Positions 12,757-23,790 of a stretch of DNA of 63,917 nt are shown piece by piece. The notes beneath the pieces are model-generated. The model was not told the DNA's origin, made no database searches, and saw only the letters and a list, made by a program, of their open reading frames with translations. The stretch's first letter is position 1. Every line of letters starts with the position of its first letter. This DNA is from Malacoraja senta (lineage: Eukaryota): positions 1,612,084 to 1,676,000 of the forward strand of contig CM075998.1 of the NCBI GenBank assembly GCA_038087875.1. The letters run 5' to 3'. The translations under genes and the position numbers were made by a program.

Positions 12757-13446
12757 TTACAGGGTGGTGAATCTCCCAGCTGTTGCAGTGGGTGTGGGGG
12801 TCATAGCTGTCATTGAGGTCATGGAGGTCATGGGGGTCATGGGAGTCATCATTCCCATCTTCACTCGGTTGCGGAGATTTGCATTCTGCTCCAGTAGGAG
12901 GTCATTGGTAGCCATCAGGTTTGACACCTGTTTTTGGAGATCCTCAACGCGCTTTTGGAGCATGAGATTCTCTGCCTTCAGAAACCGGTAGTCAGGTGCG
13001 CCTGGACTCGGCATTCCGTAGTCGTATACTTCAAACTGAATGCCCTCCTTCCTCCGCCTCTTCATGTGCGCGTCGTAGCCATCGTAATGGTCAGTGTCAT
13101 AACCTCTGGTGTAGAGGTCATCAAAGCGATCATATCTGTGTGCCAAGGGGGAAAACACTTGGCTGTGCGCCATACCTTGGTTTTCAAAACCATACTCGTC
13201 GCGCTTTACGTGCTGGAATTTACATTTGGGCCCTCTTTGACAGTCACCCTTTTGATAGTCGTGGCAGATCGGAATCTCACCTTTATTAACGGGTAGATCG
13301 GAAGATAAAAGGCCAAGGGTGGACATCTCATTAGCGTCTGGGTGGCGGAACTTGCAGCGCTTACCGCGGTTGCAGACGTTGCGCAGGAAGTCACGGCAAA
13401 TATCATCTGTACTGGGGCCAGCCTCCTCGGTGCCGTTATCTGGCAT
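12757..13446 (-). CDS. ZC3H10-like paralog A, 229 aa: two CCCH fingers, basic NLS-like KRRRK, coiled coil, no C-terminal low-complexity tail
   Basis: Intact single-exon ORF with CRDFLRNVCNRGKRCKFRH, CHDYQKGDCQRGPKCKFQH and ENLMLQKRVEDLQKQVSNLMATNDLLLEQNANLR, collinear with the 55161-56351 protein. Good start context AAAATGC. Acceptor TTTTCTTTTGCAG| at 13495. Confidence 0.9.
   Translation of the reverse strand: MPDNGTEEAGPSTDDICRDFLRNVCNRGKRCKFRHPDANEMSTLGLLSSDLPVNKGEIPICHDYQKGDCQRGPKCKFQHVKRDEYGFENQGMAHSQVFSPLAHRYDRFDDLYTRGYDTDHYDGYDAHMKRRRKEGIQFEVYDYGMPSPGAPDYRFLKAENLMLQKRVEDLQKQVSNLMATNDLLLEQNANLRNRVKMGMMTPMTPMTSMTSMTAMTPTPTATAGRFTTL
12796..12849 (-). repeat. coding 9-bp tandem repeat x6 (ATGACNNCN; MTP/MTS/MTA)
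   Basis: ATGACTCCC ATGACCCCC ATGACCTCC ATGACCTCA ATGACAGCT ATGACCCCC. Confidence 0.9.
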
Positions 13447-14897
13447 TTTTATAGATTATTTCTGCGCTGTTTAGCCAAGGCACTACGCAAGCAACTGCAA
13501 AAGAAAAAAAAGGCAGGTCTTTACAGAGAAAGAGCGATCGCTTACAAACTAACTGCTGCGCATTCTATAAAACACTGGAATTAGTGGCCGGGGTAGCAAG
13601 ATTAAGTGGCAGTTAGCAGGGAGGTCTGTGCAATATCTTTGCTTGCACAAGGAAAAAAAGTCACTGGTGAATGTTAAATCCACAAGTGATGTGCGCGCAA
13701 AAGTTATCTGCATTTTCAGGTTTATAAAGTTTTCCAACTCCAGAACAGATCACATCCTGATGTGCCATCAGAACTTCTTTAAAAAATGTGCACAAAATGT
13801 GTACTGATATTTATGGAAAAAAATTCAGTATCATGATCTCCAAACAGTGCCAGCCTAACTCATATGGCAGTGTTCCACACGCATTATCAGCTTTAGCCTA
13901 GAAAGCACACAACTTCACTGAAAAAAAATTTGAAGCCCCTTGTCCATACTTCCACAGGTAGCAGACAATTTATTGGAAACAACACCAACAAGCCCATTCC
14001 CAACATTTTTTCCCCTTTAAAGTACTTACACAGCAGAACAATATATATTGTACAACTAGCCTTGTTAAACCAGTACTCATTTCAATTACAAAGGAAAGAT
14101 TTCATCTGCACAAAACCTCTCCAATCAGGGGCTCACTACAGAGTTGCCCTGAAATAACTGGCACCATGGAAATCAGCAGGTGGTGTGAACATAAGTCTGT
14201 GACTTCAAATGTGAAGACAAGCTCAAGCAAGTTACTCCAGGTAGCTCCATGCAAATTACAGTATGCCAAACCACTTTTGTTTCAATTTTTGCACACTTGG
14301 CTTTCCTTTCATTTAACTTTGCACACTATTTTCTTCCATAAGGCAGGGCATTATTAATTACTAACAATGCAAAAATAAGAAATTGTACTTGTACAAAGTA
14401 TGTGACCACTTCTGTACTTGCCATCCGAGTTATAGAAATTTAACACTTCCTGGATTGCACGCATCCAATAACTACCACGTTTTCAATGCTACCAGAACAC
14501 TAGGCCTCTACTTTCTTCGTCAAGAAACACCTCAAACCACGTGAACACAAAATCCAAGTCCTCATTCAGAAAGTGTAAACTGTAATAATCAGACCTAGTC
14601 AAACGGCCAAAATAAAGAGGCAGAGCCATTTAGAATACTCTCCACTGCCTTCGACGTGCACGAATATCCAGACGCACGTACCCTCCTGGCACTCCAACTG
14701 CAGTAACTGATCACAAAGAGTAGCAATTCTTGCCCTTCGTGCAAGACTAAACATATCCAAAAACATTTTTGAAAACTATTTAAGTACAAACATTAAAAAA
14801 AAACGTTTTCGCTACCCCTCCCCCACATAACGGCTTGTTGTACCGTACATACCACGCAACGAGATAACGGGCAGTATTTGTAGGTGGTTTTCATCTT

Positions 14898-15595
14898 TTA
14901 TCGTCGATCTATATATCTAAGCATGTGCTTTGATGAACACAGACTCGGTCGCTCCAGATTGTAGCTGTGAGAAGCAGCAGGAACCTCACTATCGCCTTGC
15001 TTGGATTTAAGGCCGCAATGGCGCCTTTAGGCCTCGACTTCCTGTTACAATTAAAACGCCTCCCGGCCGCAGACAAATGCGGACTCTCTCCGCACAACGT
15101 TTGCACATTCAAATCGAGAATGCCACGGGTACATTAAAGTGCATGAAAACTCACAAACCAGGGCTGGGATACCTATACAGTTCGGCTCGGCTTCTTCCCT
15201 CACAGCTCCGACACAAAGAGGCTCTACGCAGGTCCTCCCAGTAAAGGGTAACTTCGTGACTGGTCCTCCGAGCCAAGAGGAAACCCCGGTCCCCTGCCGC
15301 CCGCCGGCTGAAGGCAACACCAACACCTTTGACGGCAGACACAGTGAAAAAGCCTGGCATTGCCTGGCAATACCAAAGAAATGATAAACAGCAAACCTTA
15401 ATGAAGTTTGGATCGGTCATTTAAAAATGCATCGTTTGAGAAAAATGCATTATTTTCTATGTGGCCTTCCAATAACATTTTAAATCAGTGAACCCCCTTT
15501 AGATTAAATCTAGAGTGCAGATGTATTCTAACCATAACCAATCCTTCCACATTTTAAACAGGAAAATGCAAGCACTGAAGTTTATTTAAACATCG
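14898..15595 (-). repeat. copy 1 of duplicated CpG-rich block containing a probable non-coding 5' exon (donor GTGAGG at 15203)
   Basis: Identical to 29714-30345 over 632 bp. Minus strand CTGGGAGGACCTGCGTAGAGCCTCTTTGTGTCGGAGCT|GTGAGG aligns to zc3h10 exon-1 end CTGGGAGGACCTGTGTGGTACTCGTTGTGTTTGGAGGA|GTGAGT. Confidence 0.85.
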
Positions 15596-15689
15596 TTTTC
15601 AACAGCCCAAGTTAAAATGGGCGAGTGTTTCAATTGGAATCAATATTACCAACAATCCGTCGTGGACCAACCACAATGAGCCAATAGCC

Positions 15690-16090
15690 AAGAAGCCACA
15701 CCAACTTCATCAGGAGACCGAGAAAATTCAGTACATCACCAATGTCTCTTACAAACTTCTACAGATGCACCATAGAACGCATACTGTCAGGTCGCATCAC
15801 AATTTGGTTTGGGAACAACTCTGTCCACGACCGCAAGAGTTGTGGATGTAGCCCAGTTCATCACAAGCGATCCAACATTATCACAGACTTGTCCCACCTT
15901 GGTCATTCCTTCTCCCTGCTCCCGTCGGGCAGAAGATAGAGAAGCTTGAAAATGTGCAACACCAGACTCGGGAACAGATTCTACCCTTCTGTTATCAGGC
16001 TTCTGAATGGTCCTTCCATAAGCTGGGGTACAATTCACCACTACCCCATGGCAGACACTGGACTTTGTCTATGGAACTGCACTACAATGT
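15690..16090 (+). mobile_element. Rex1/Babar-type LINE 3' fragment
   Basis: LTNFYRCTIERILSGRITIWFGN, LLPSGRR and RLGNRFYPSVIRLLN are typical of the RT C-terminal region of this clade. Confidence 0.75.
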
Positions 16091-16378
16091 TAAGAACTAC
16101 AGAAACAAAATCCTTTGGTACCCCAGTCTTCCAAATGTACGTCAACTATGTATTCATTCCATTTAGTCATTCCATCCTTTCACCATCTTCAAAATACAGA
16201 ATTACGTCTTAAATGTATATTCACCTTCTTATCTAAGCATACAATTTTCTACCCTCTAAGTTTTATGACATACTGCATCCTAATCAGCACCACCTAGTGT
16301 CGCTGTGTGCAATGGATCCCAGATTAGCAACATCTTTACCATATATTTATAATTTGTGTTTTCAAATTCCTCCATAGA

Positions 16379-16430
16379 CTCCCCTCCCCTCCCCTCCCCT
16401 CCCCTCCCCTCCCCTCCCCTCCCCTCCCCT
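16379..16430 (+). repeat. (CCCCT)n microsatellite, ~10 units
   Basis: Direct reading. Confidence 0.95.
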
Positions 16431-16723
16431 CTCTCTGTATCAGTCCCAAACCCTCAGGTTTTTGAACACTTCTCACTTTGGTCTCCTGCTTTCCCTAGAA
16501 TTTAATTGGTCAACCAAATGCAGCCATGCTTACCTTCAATCACTGAGGTCCCATGCTTTGGAAGTTCCCCAAAATTTTCAATCCACCAAACTTGTAGTTC
16601 TGACAAAATTTTACAGTATTTATTTTAATATCCTCCCAGTTGGCCTGGCATCAATTCTTATAAACTGTCTCATGAGCCAGCAATCTCAATTTCATCTCAG
16701 GGAAGCAATCCAAAATATAATTC

Positions 16724-17300
16724 TCTGGATAGAAGGAATGGGTGACATTTCGGGTCGAGACCCTCCTTCAGACTGAGCAAGTCTGAAGGAGGGTCTCGAC
16801 CCAAAATGTCACCCATTCCTTCTACCCAAAGATGCTGCCTGTCCCGCTGAGTTACTCCACATTTAGTGTCTTATCTTCGGTTTAAACCAGCATCTGCAGT
16901 TCCTTCCTACAAGGAAATGCAGATGCTGGTTCACAAAAAAACAACACAAAGTAACTCAGGGGGTCAGGCAGCATCTGTGGAGAACGTGGATAGGTGATGT
17001 TTCGTGACCCTTCTTCAGACAAAGGAAGGGTCTGAGGAAGGGTCCCAACCAGAAACGTCTGTTCATGTTCTCCAGAGATGCTGCCTGACCTATTGAATTA
17101 CTCCAGCACTTTATTTCACAGAGAATACCCATGATTATTCACAGGTTGACATCAAATTATGAAATAGTCATAATGGCCATTTGAAGTGTTTGGCACCAAT
17201 ATCTCTATCCATTTTCTCAAGATGCTGCCCGAACCACTGAGTTATTACAGCACGATGTCCTTTTTTGTAAGCCAACATCTGCAGTTCCTTGTTTCTACTC
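16724..17300. mobile_element. cluster of Penelope-derived palindromic short elements
   Basis: Inverted arms ...gacatttcgggtcgagaccctccttcagact / agtctgaaggagggtctcgacccaaaatgtc..., with gatgctgcctgtcccgctgagttactcca and ccagcatctgcagttcct. Confidence 0.8.
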
Positions 17301-17787
17301 TCTTATCATAATGCCGTGCCTTATTACAATCGAATATAATACGGGTATGTCTGCTACAATACTCAGACCTCATTATCCACTGATTTGCTATTGATGACCT
17401 TTCATCAACCAAAACCATTTACTTGATGTTTATTTAAGACTGGCAGCATTTGCAGATTTTGATTTACTTGTTTCATTAAAAGGATTGGAAAAGGGTAGGG
17501 ATAATTCAGACATCAGAAAAGCTGATACAAACAGAATACCGGAAGAACTCAGCATCTGTGGAGGCAAAAGATTTAAATCGACATTTCAGATTGAGACCTT
17601 GCATCAGGACTGAGGGAAAACTGGAAATATTGTCAATATAGGGGGGGGGGGGGGGTGATGATAGAGGCTAGTGGGTGATAAGTGGAACCAGACTGGGAAT
17701 GAATGGGGCAGGTGGCACCAGATGGGATAGAGGCTTGATAGGTGATTGATTAAGTCAGATGGGGACTGGGTGAGGAATGGTCAAGAT

Positions 17788-18078
17788 TATAAATACAATC
17801 TCCTTACTTCTCTTTTCTTTTTCTTCTCTTTTCTTCTTTTACTCTTTTTCTTCTATTTTCTATTTCTTAACTTTCTTCTTTCACTCTCTATTTTTCTTTT
17901 TCACACACCATATATCTCACATTTTTCTATTCTTCATTATCTAATTTCTTTTTCTTTTTCTTCTTTATTACAAAATTAAAAAAATAAGAAGCTGTACATA
18001 AAATGTATTATGAAAATATGATTGTATACAATTGTACTTACTTCTAATAAAAATAAATAATAATAAAATTTAAAAAAA
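17788..18078 (+). mobile_element. 5'-truncated poly(A)-tailed retroposon insertion (L1-type 3' end) with 8-bp TSD
   Basis: GTCAAGAT at 17780-17787 and 18079-18086 flanks a T-rich tract ending in AATAAA and an A-rich tail. Confidence 0.7.
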
Positions 18079-18460
18079 GTCAAGATGGGGAAGGGAACGA
18101 TGGAACCAGGGAGGGATAAACACTGCTTGCTTTTCTTTAAAACTCCTTTCCAACACAACTTACTCGTTGAAAAAACTTAAATATCCCATTCTGGGTGGGC
18201 ATACGTCGTTAATTTTGCGAGAGAGGATGAAATCAAGATTCCAGCATCTGCAGCTTCTTGTATCTCCATTGAGTACTCTGAACCTCGTCTCAATAAAAAA
18301 AAACTCCAGGTCTGTGGCACCCAGGATGGAGGAGCGCACAAATCGTGAAGCGAGGAGTAACACGGCGAGGACAAGAGCTGAAGCACCTTCGATTTTTGGA
18401 AGCTGCGGTGTTCAGAGCGCATACAATTTACAGCGCCAGGGAAAGACAACGGCTCTGGAT

Positions 18461-18700
18461 CTTACTTCCAAGCAGCCTCCACTAGTGCGCAAATTAATCG
18501 TGCTTTGAAAACAATTGATAAAATGAACTCGGGGCCTCATCAATACCAAGGTCTGGAGGAGAGAGGAATATTTTAAGGAAGGCTAATTTATCCGCCGATT
18601 AGGCGCAATACCTTCAGGCGCCATTTTGTAACTAAGGCGCAGAAAAATGCGGCTCGAAAAGCCGGATTTAAAATGGCGCCCCCGCGTTACCCCCCCTCCT
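18461..18700 (-). promoter_or_regulatory. CpG-rich promoter-like region with two inverted YY1-type motifs and a candidate non-coding first exon (donor GAA|GTAAGA at 18465)
   Basis: GGCGCCATTTT at 18617-18627 and AAAATGGCGCC at 18670-18680. Pyrimidine tract TTCCTCTCTCCTCC on - at ~18555-18568. Confidence 0.5.
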
Positions 18701-18944
18701 CCCTCAATTAAACAAGGAATTAGACCGTGCGACGCTGGAAAGAATGGGACGTGAACGACTCAAAGGAAATGACAAGATGACCAGCTTTCCCCATTCGCGA
18801 TCGAGCGTGTCTTCCAAATAACTCGATATAACGAACTGAAATCATAAAACTCTGAAACTGAACTATTACAGGAATACTATACTGAATACCAAAGCAAAGC
18901 AAAAGTAGTAGAGTCAGAGCCAAAGGCATTATTTCAGCAAACAT

Positions 18945-19560
18945 GAAGGTAGACAAAAAATGCTGGAAAAACTCAGCGTGTGAGGCAGCATTTAGGAATA
19001 GGAGACGTTTCGGGTCGAGACCCCAGGTGAAGAAGGGTCTCTGCCCTTTAAGAATAAGGAGTAAGCCATTTAGAACGGAGATGAGGAAACACTTTTGCTC
19101 ACAGAGTGGCGAGTCTGGAATTCTCTACCTCAGAGGGTGGTGGAGGCCGGTTCTCTGGATGCTTTCAAGAGAGAGCTAGATAGGGCTCTTAAAAATAGCG
19201 GAGTCAGATGATATGGGGAGAAGGCAGGAACGGGGTACTGATTGTGGATGATCAGCCATGATCACAGTGAATGGCGGTGCTGGCATGAAGGGCCGAATGG
19301 CCTACTCCTGCACCTGTTGTCTATTGACCCGAAACGTTGCCTATTCCTTCTGTCCACAGCTGCTGCCTCACCCGCTGAGTTTTTCCAGCATTTTTTGCCC
19401 ACCTTCGATTTTTCCAGCATCTACAGTTCTTTCCAAAACATTTCAGCAAACACCCTACTTTTTAAAAGTCTGAAGAAGGGTCTCGACCTGAAACGTCACC
19501 CATTCCTTCTCTCCAGAGATGCTGCCTGACCTGCTGAGTTACTCCAGTATTTTGTGTCTA
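18945..19560. mobile_element. Penelope-derived palindromic elements interrupted by a CR1 3' fragment (19046-19326, +)
   Basis: Arms tgctggaaaaactcagc...gacgtttcgggtcgagac and gacccgaaacgtt...gctgagtttttccagca flank a CR1 tail matching 2010-2207. A further arm at 19468-19560 has core CTGAAGAAGGGTCTCGACCTGAAACGTC. Confidence 0.8.
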
Positions 19561-21304
19561 TATACTTTTTAAATAGTTGGCCAAGCATCTGATGGACAGT
19601 GACTTAATATATTTGAGAATTTAAATCAAACTGAAAATTTTTCTCAGTTTAATTGCTATTTGATGGATTATAGAAAGGATCATTTTCAAAGGTCATATTC
19701 CACTGAAATCAAAGGAAGTGATGTGGTCAAAACTAAGGCGTGAATATTATTAAACCACCCATATATGCCACTTGAAATGTGCTGATATCTGACGATACAG
19801 TGCAGGGTTTCTTCAAACAGATTCATGGAAAGTGCTTTCAAATAATTACAAGTTTAACAAAGCCGATGTGTATTTCACATTGGCTAGTGTATAAATAACA
19901 TGCACTTAATTGCAAGGAGCTTTTAATATATTAATATCCTAAAACACTCAGGAGTGTTGACATGTGACAGCCAAGGTCCAGTGGAAGGATATTTGGAATG
20001 AATTAAAATCATGCCGATGAAGTAGTTGAGGGTGGGAAGTCGAGTTTGAGACAACGTAGCTAGAAGTTCTAAAGCAATATGGCCAAAAAGCAGGCAAATG
20101 TGAGCAGCTTGGCATGGGCAAGTTGCGCCAAAGGGCCCGTCTCCATGCTGTATGACCCTATGATTTAAGGGGCCATTCTTTGGAAAGTGAACCAAATTTC
20201 ACTCACATGACCAGAAGTAATCACATAAAGTAATACATTAAAAAATTATTGTAAGAGATTAATCTTATTCATTGCTATTTTCCTACCTACAGAACTATAA
20301 TGCATATCTGCTAAATTTATGAACATTCTAGCTTTTAAAATTCAGAGTTTATAAGATAAAACTGAGTAATGAAAAAAATGCTTCCGTGTGAGCACACACG
20401 TGACCAGTCATATTTGACCTCTGACCCTAAACAAACATCGTCAGCATAACATAAAGATTTCTCTTAATAAACCAAAAAAAAATATGGATCATATATGCAG
20501 TACAAAATACACCGGTAATGCTTTCAGAATTAGAAGAGATGTATGCCACAATTTTTCATATTTTTGGTCACACGTCAATTAGTCCCGTGTGTGACCAAAA
20601 ATATGAAAAATTGTGGAATACATCTCTAGTGGAGCAAAGAAAATCAGGGATCAGGACCAGAACTGAAGGAATGCAGAGAATTGAGAGGGCTGCAAGAGGT
20701 TAGAGCTAAGGAAGAGCATGACAATAAAAAAATGTAAATAAAACAATGAAAATTTCAAAGCCGAGATGTTGCCTGACCAAACCAATGCAAGTTAACAGGC
20801 ACGGGAGGAATATGTAATTAGAATGATGTGAGGTAGGTTTTGATAAAGGGAAAGCAACAGCTATTGAAGGAATGTTATGTCCCAAATGCAAGAGGTGCAG
20901 ATTTCTAGGTACGTTTTGTTTGTTTAATTAATTGTTTACACCCCCCAAAACACCCAAATTTGCCGCTGAATTAACCAGAATTGTAAATAAAGGAAAATGG
21001 AATAAGCTTAGATAACTTACAAGAGCAAAGGTAGGCAAAAATGCTGGAGAAACTCAGCGGGTGAGGCAGCATCTATGGAGCGAAGGTTTCGGGTCGAAGA
21101 GCAATATGGAATTTCATGATTCTGAGACTTTTGCGTGGTTTAACAGGATGAGATTCCTCAAAAGATGGATAGTAATAATTTGCAAATACATTTCCACTGA
21201 GCAAAGGGATGCATTTGTTTATTGTTCATAAATGGTGCATCTATTTGTGTATTACTGCATGACTTTTTATGTCGTCATTGAACTACATGTAGTTTGCTGA
21301 ACAG

Positions 21305-21370
21305 GGTAGTCACGGTGGTGCAGCGGTAGAGATCTTACAACGAATGCTGCGCTGGAGATCCGGGTTGAGT
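21305..21370 (+). mobile_element. tRNA-derived SINE head fragment
   Basis: gtcacggtggtgcagcggtagag...gagatccgggttgag has A-box/B-box-like motifs and resembles the SINE at 26870. Confidence 0.5.
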
Positions 21371-22449
21371 TGGAAAGAAAAAAAATCAGTTGCATTGAGA
21401 ATTAATAATTATCAAATAATTAATAATTATCAAATCCATGTAGCAAGGTGGTTTATAAACATTAAATCTATATGTTCAGCCTCACATTAGCAGGAACATG
21501 ATAGATTGCAACAGTAACATCCCAATCTGATCTCCACAAGAAACATTTCCTAAATAGCTGCAATATGCACATTGATATTCAAGCTATGTTTTTGCCCCCC
21601 TAAATATAATTTCTAGGTATAACTGAAAATAATATAGCCCCTATTTAAGCAACAGACAGATTCCAAAATTTCAGAATGATTTAAGAAACGAAATCCACAA
21701 AAAGATTGATAATGCTTACTGGGTTCAGAAAACAAGGCAGAAAATAAAGGGATTTGAAGAAAAGTACAATATGTTTGGGGAACAGATTACAGGATGTCTC
21801 AGGAAAAGCAGATCCATTGCTGCGAATGGCGAGTAAATAATTTGTACCTGATAGTGGATAACGCAGAACTCAATGAAAACATGTCCTACAGAACAGCAAC
21901 CAGAAAAATATATTTGATAGCCAACTAATGCTACAAGCTATTAAAAAAAGGTGTTTGGCAGTTCTCTGGGAGCGCAATTAATGCAGGGAGCAGAGTTTAG
22001 AGCAGTTGCTTTACAATATATTCCAATATGTTACCACTCATGTTGTTAAACAAATCAACTGAAGTTTGGCAGACAAAAGCTATTTTATAGTGACCGTATA
22101 GTAGTAAATCATATTACAATCACAATGAGCTTCACATAAACACCCTTCCATACAATGAATTGTACAGGGATACCTGCTGAGGTAAAAAATAAAACTGGGG
22201 TCTATTTACTCGATGTAACAAAGTATAATAAAAAAGGCTGGGTCTCAATCATATTCTCAGAGTAGCATTATCCACCGTCACTGGGAGAAGTGTATTCCAC
22301 TTGTTTCCTACAATGTGGAGGCAAACAATCCCACTGCCAGTTAGCAGATGCGTGCATTTTGCTCCAGGTTTGACACATGTGTGTTGTTCCCAATTGCAAT
22401 TTCACAGCATAAGGTTTTTGTGAAAGTATGAGGAATCGACTGGATACGA

Positions 22450-22828
22450 TCTGAGGATACATCATTCCCATCTTGATGATGCGGATCACTTTGCGGATGT
22501 CTCGATAGACATCTACTCAAGGAAAAAGCACAGGAAAATGGTACATGCTTTCCACATTGTAATTTTCACAGTACCTATATGGTTCTATCAGCAATTTGCA
22601 CCTGATCACTGGAGTCCAACCTTCTGTCAGTCAGGGCAGACTGGTATCCAGCATTTAATACGTAGGTCATCAGAAAAAAAGCCAAGCACAAAAACCTTAT
22701 TTGCCTTTGGGTGGTAGAACTTGCAGCGCTTGGCGCAGATGCAGAAGTTGCACGAGTTCTCAGCAAATATCAATGCTATTGGCAGTCATGTTGTTGCCAG
22801 TGTTGACTACATGATCTGTACCTGACAT
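22450..22828 (-). pseudogene. decayed ZC3H10-like pseudogene of the two-finger (paralog A) type
   Basis: From ATG 22828: MSGTDHVVNTGNNMTANSIDIC* / CAKRCKFYHPKANKVFVLGFFSDDLRIKCWIPVCPD*QK ... KMGMM. Acceptor TTTTCTTTTGCAG| at 22874 is homologous to the other three copies. Multiple stops and frameshifts. Confidence 0.85.
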
Positions 22829-23694
22829 TTTAGTTTAATTCAGCGCTGTTCATTCAAGATGCTCAGCAAGGAACTGCAAAAGAAAAACAAGTTATATCTT
22901 TACAAAGACAAAGGGAATTAACTGCAAATTTACCAATTCACCCATATCAGTGCTTAAATTTCCATCAATTTAATGGAAGAAGTACTTACAATAATAAACA
23001 ATAGAATATCAACAATCTACTCTGTCTCACATTTCTTCTTTCCACTCATGAAGACAACATAGGTGTATTAGATTTAGGGGTTTTCTTGTTCCTCACCCAG
23101 CTTTGCCCTACACGTGGGCCCCAAAACATCAACTATTAGGAAGCTATTCTCATGCAGGGACATCAAAGCTAAACATGCTCACACATGCAGTGCCAGAAGA
23201 GACCACTGGATTGTGATCTGGAACAAGACTCATTCAATTTTCACTCCCTGTTGGAGAACTCACCCAAAGATAACGTGACATTCCATACCACCAAGCTAGC
23301 TGTGATTAGATAACTCACAACAAGAGATAAGACTTGGGACTTATGGGCTTCATAGCTCAACTGGTCACCTTAAACTGAGTCGTCTGGGAATGTCTAATTA
23401 ATAAACAAGAGAAAAATAAAAGTCCATCCACGTACAATTTAGATTTGGAGGAAAGCTTAATTTTTTTTAAATCAGAAAATTTTGCCCATTTCTTTCTACT
23501 TACCTTATAAATTATACCTCCCAGGAGGACAACGTCACTCGTCTCATACTACCACTTTACTTGCCCCGTATTCCAGCAACTTCTCCTCACTTATTAACTT
23601 CCCTTTGATTCTCTTTGCCACTTACTTATAATTAGGGGGTGATTTAGAGTAGATAATTAACCTACCAAAAATACTTTAGGAAAATAAGAAGAAA

Positions 23695-23790
23695 TTGAAG
23701 AAGGGTCCCGACCCGAAAAGTCACCCATTTCCTTCGCTCCATAGATGCTGCCTCACCCGCTGAGTTTCTCCAGCATTTTTGTCTACCGTG
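23695..23790 (+). mobile_element. Penelope-derived short element arm
   Basis: tgaagaagggtcccgacccgaaaagtcacccatttccttcgctccatagatgctgcctcacccgctgagtttctccagca. Confidence 0.75.

Noticed and set aside
14909-15420. Identical short ORFs here and at 29725-30236 as a duplicated small protein gene
   Set aside because: Identity follows from the DNA duplication. There is no recognisable protein, and homology to the zc3h10 non-coding exon explains the block.
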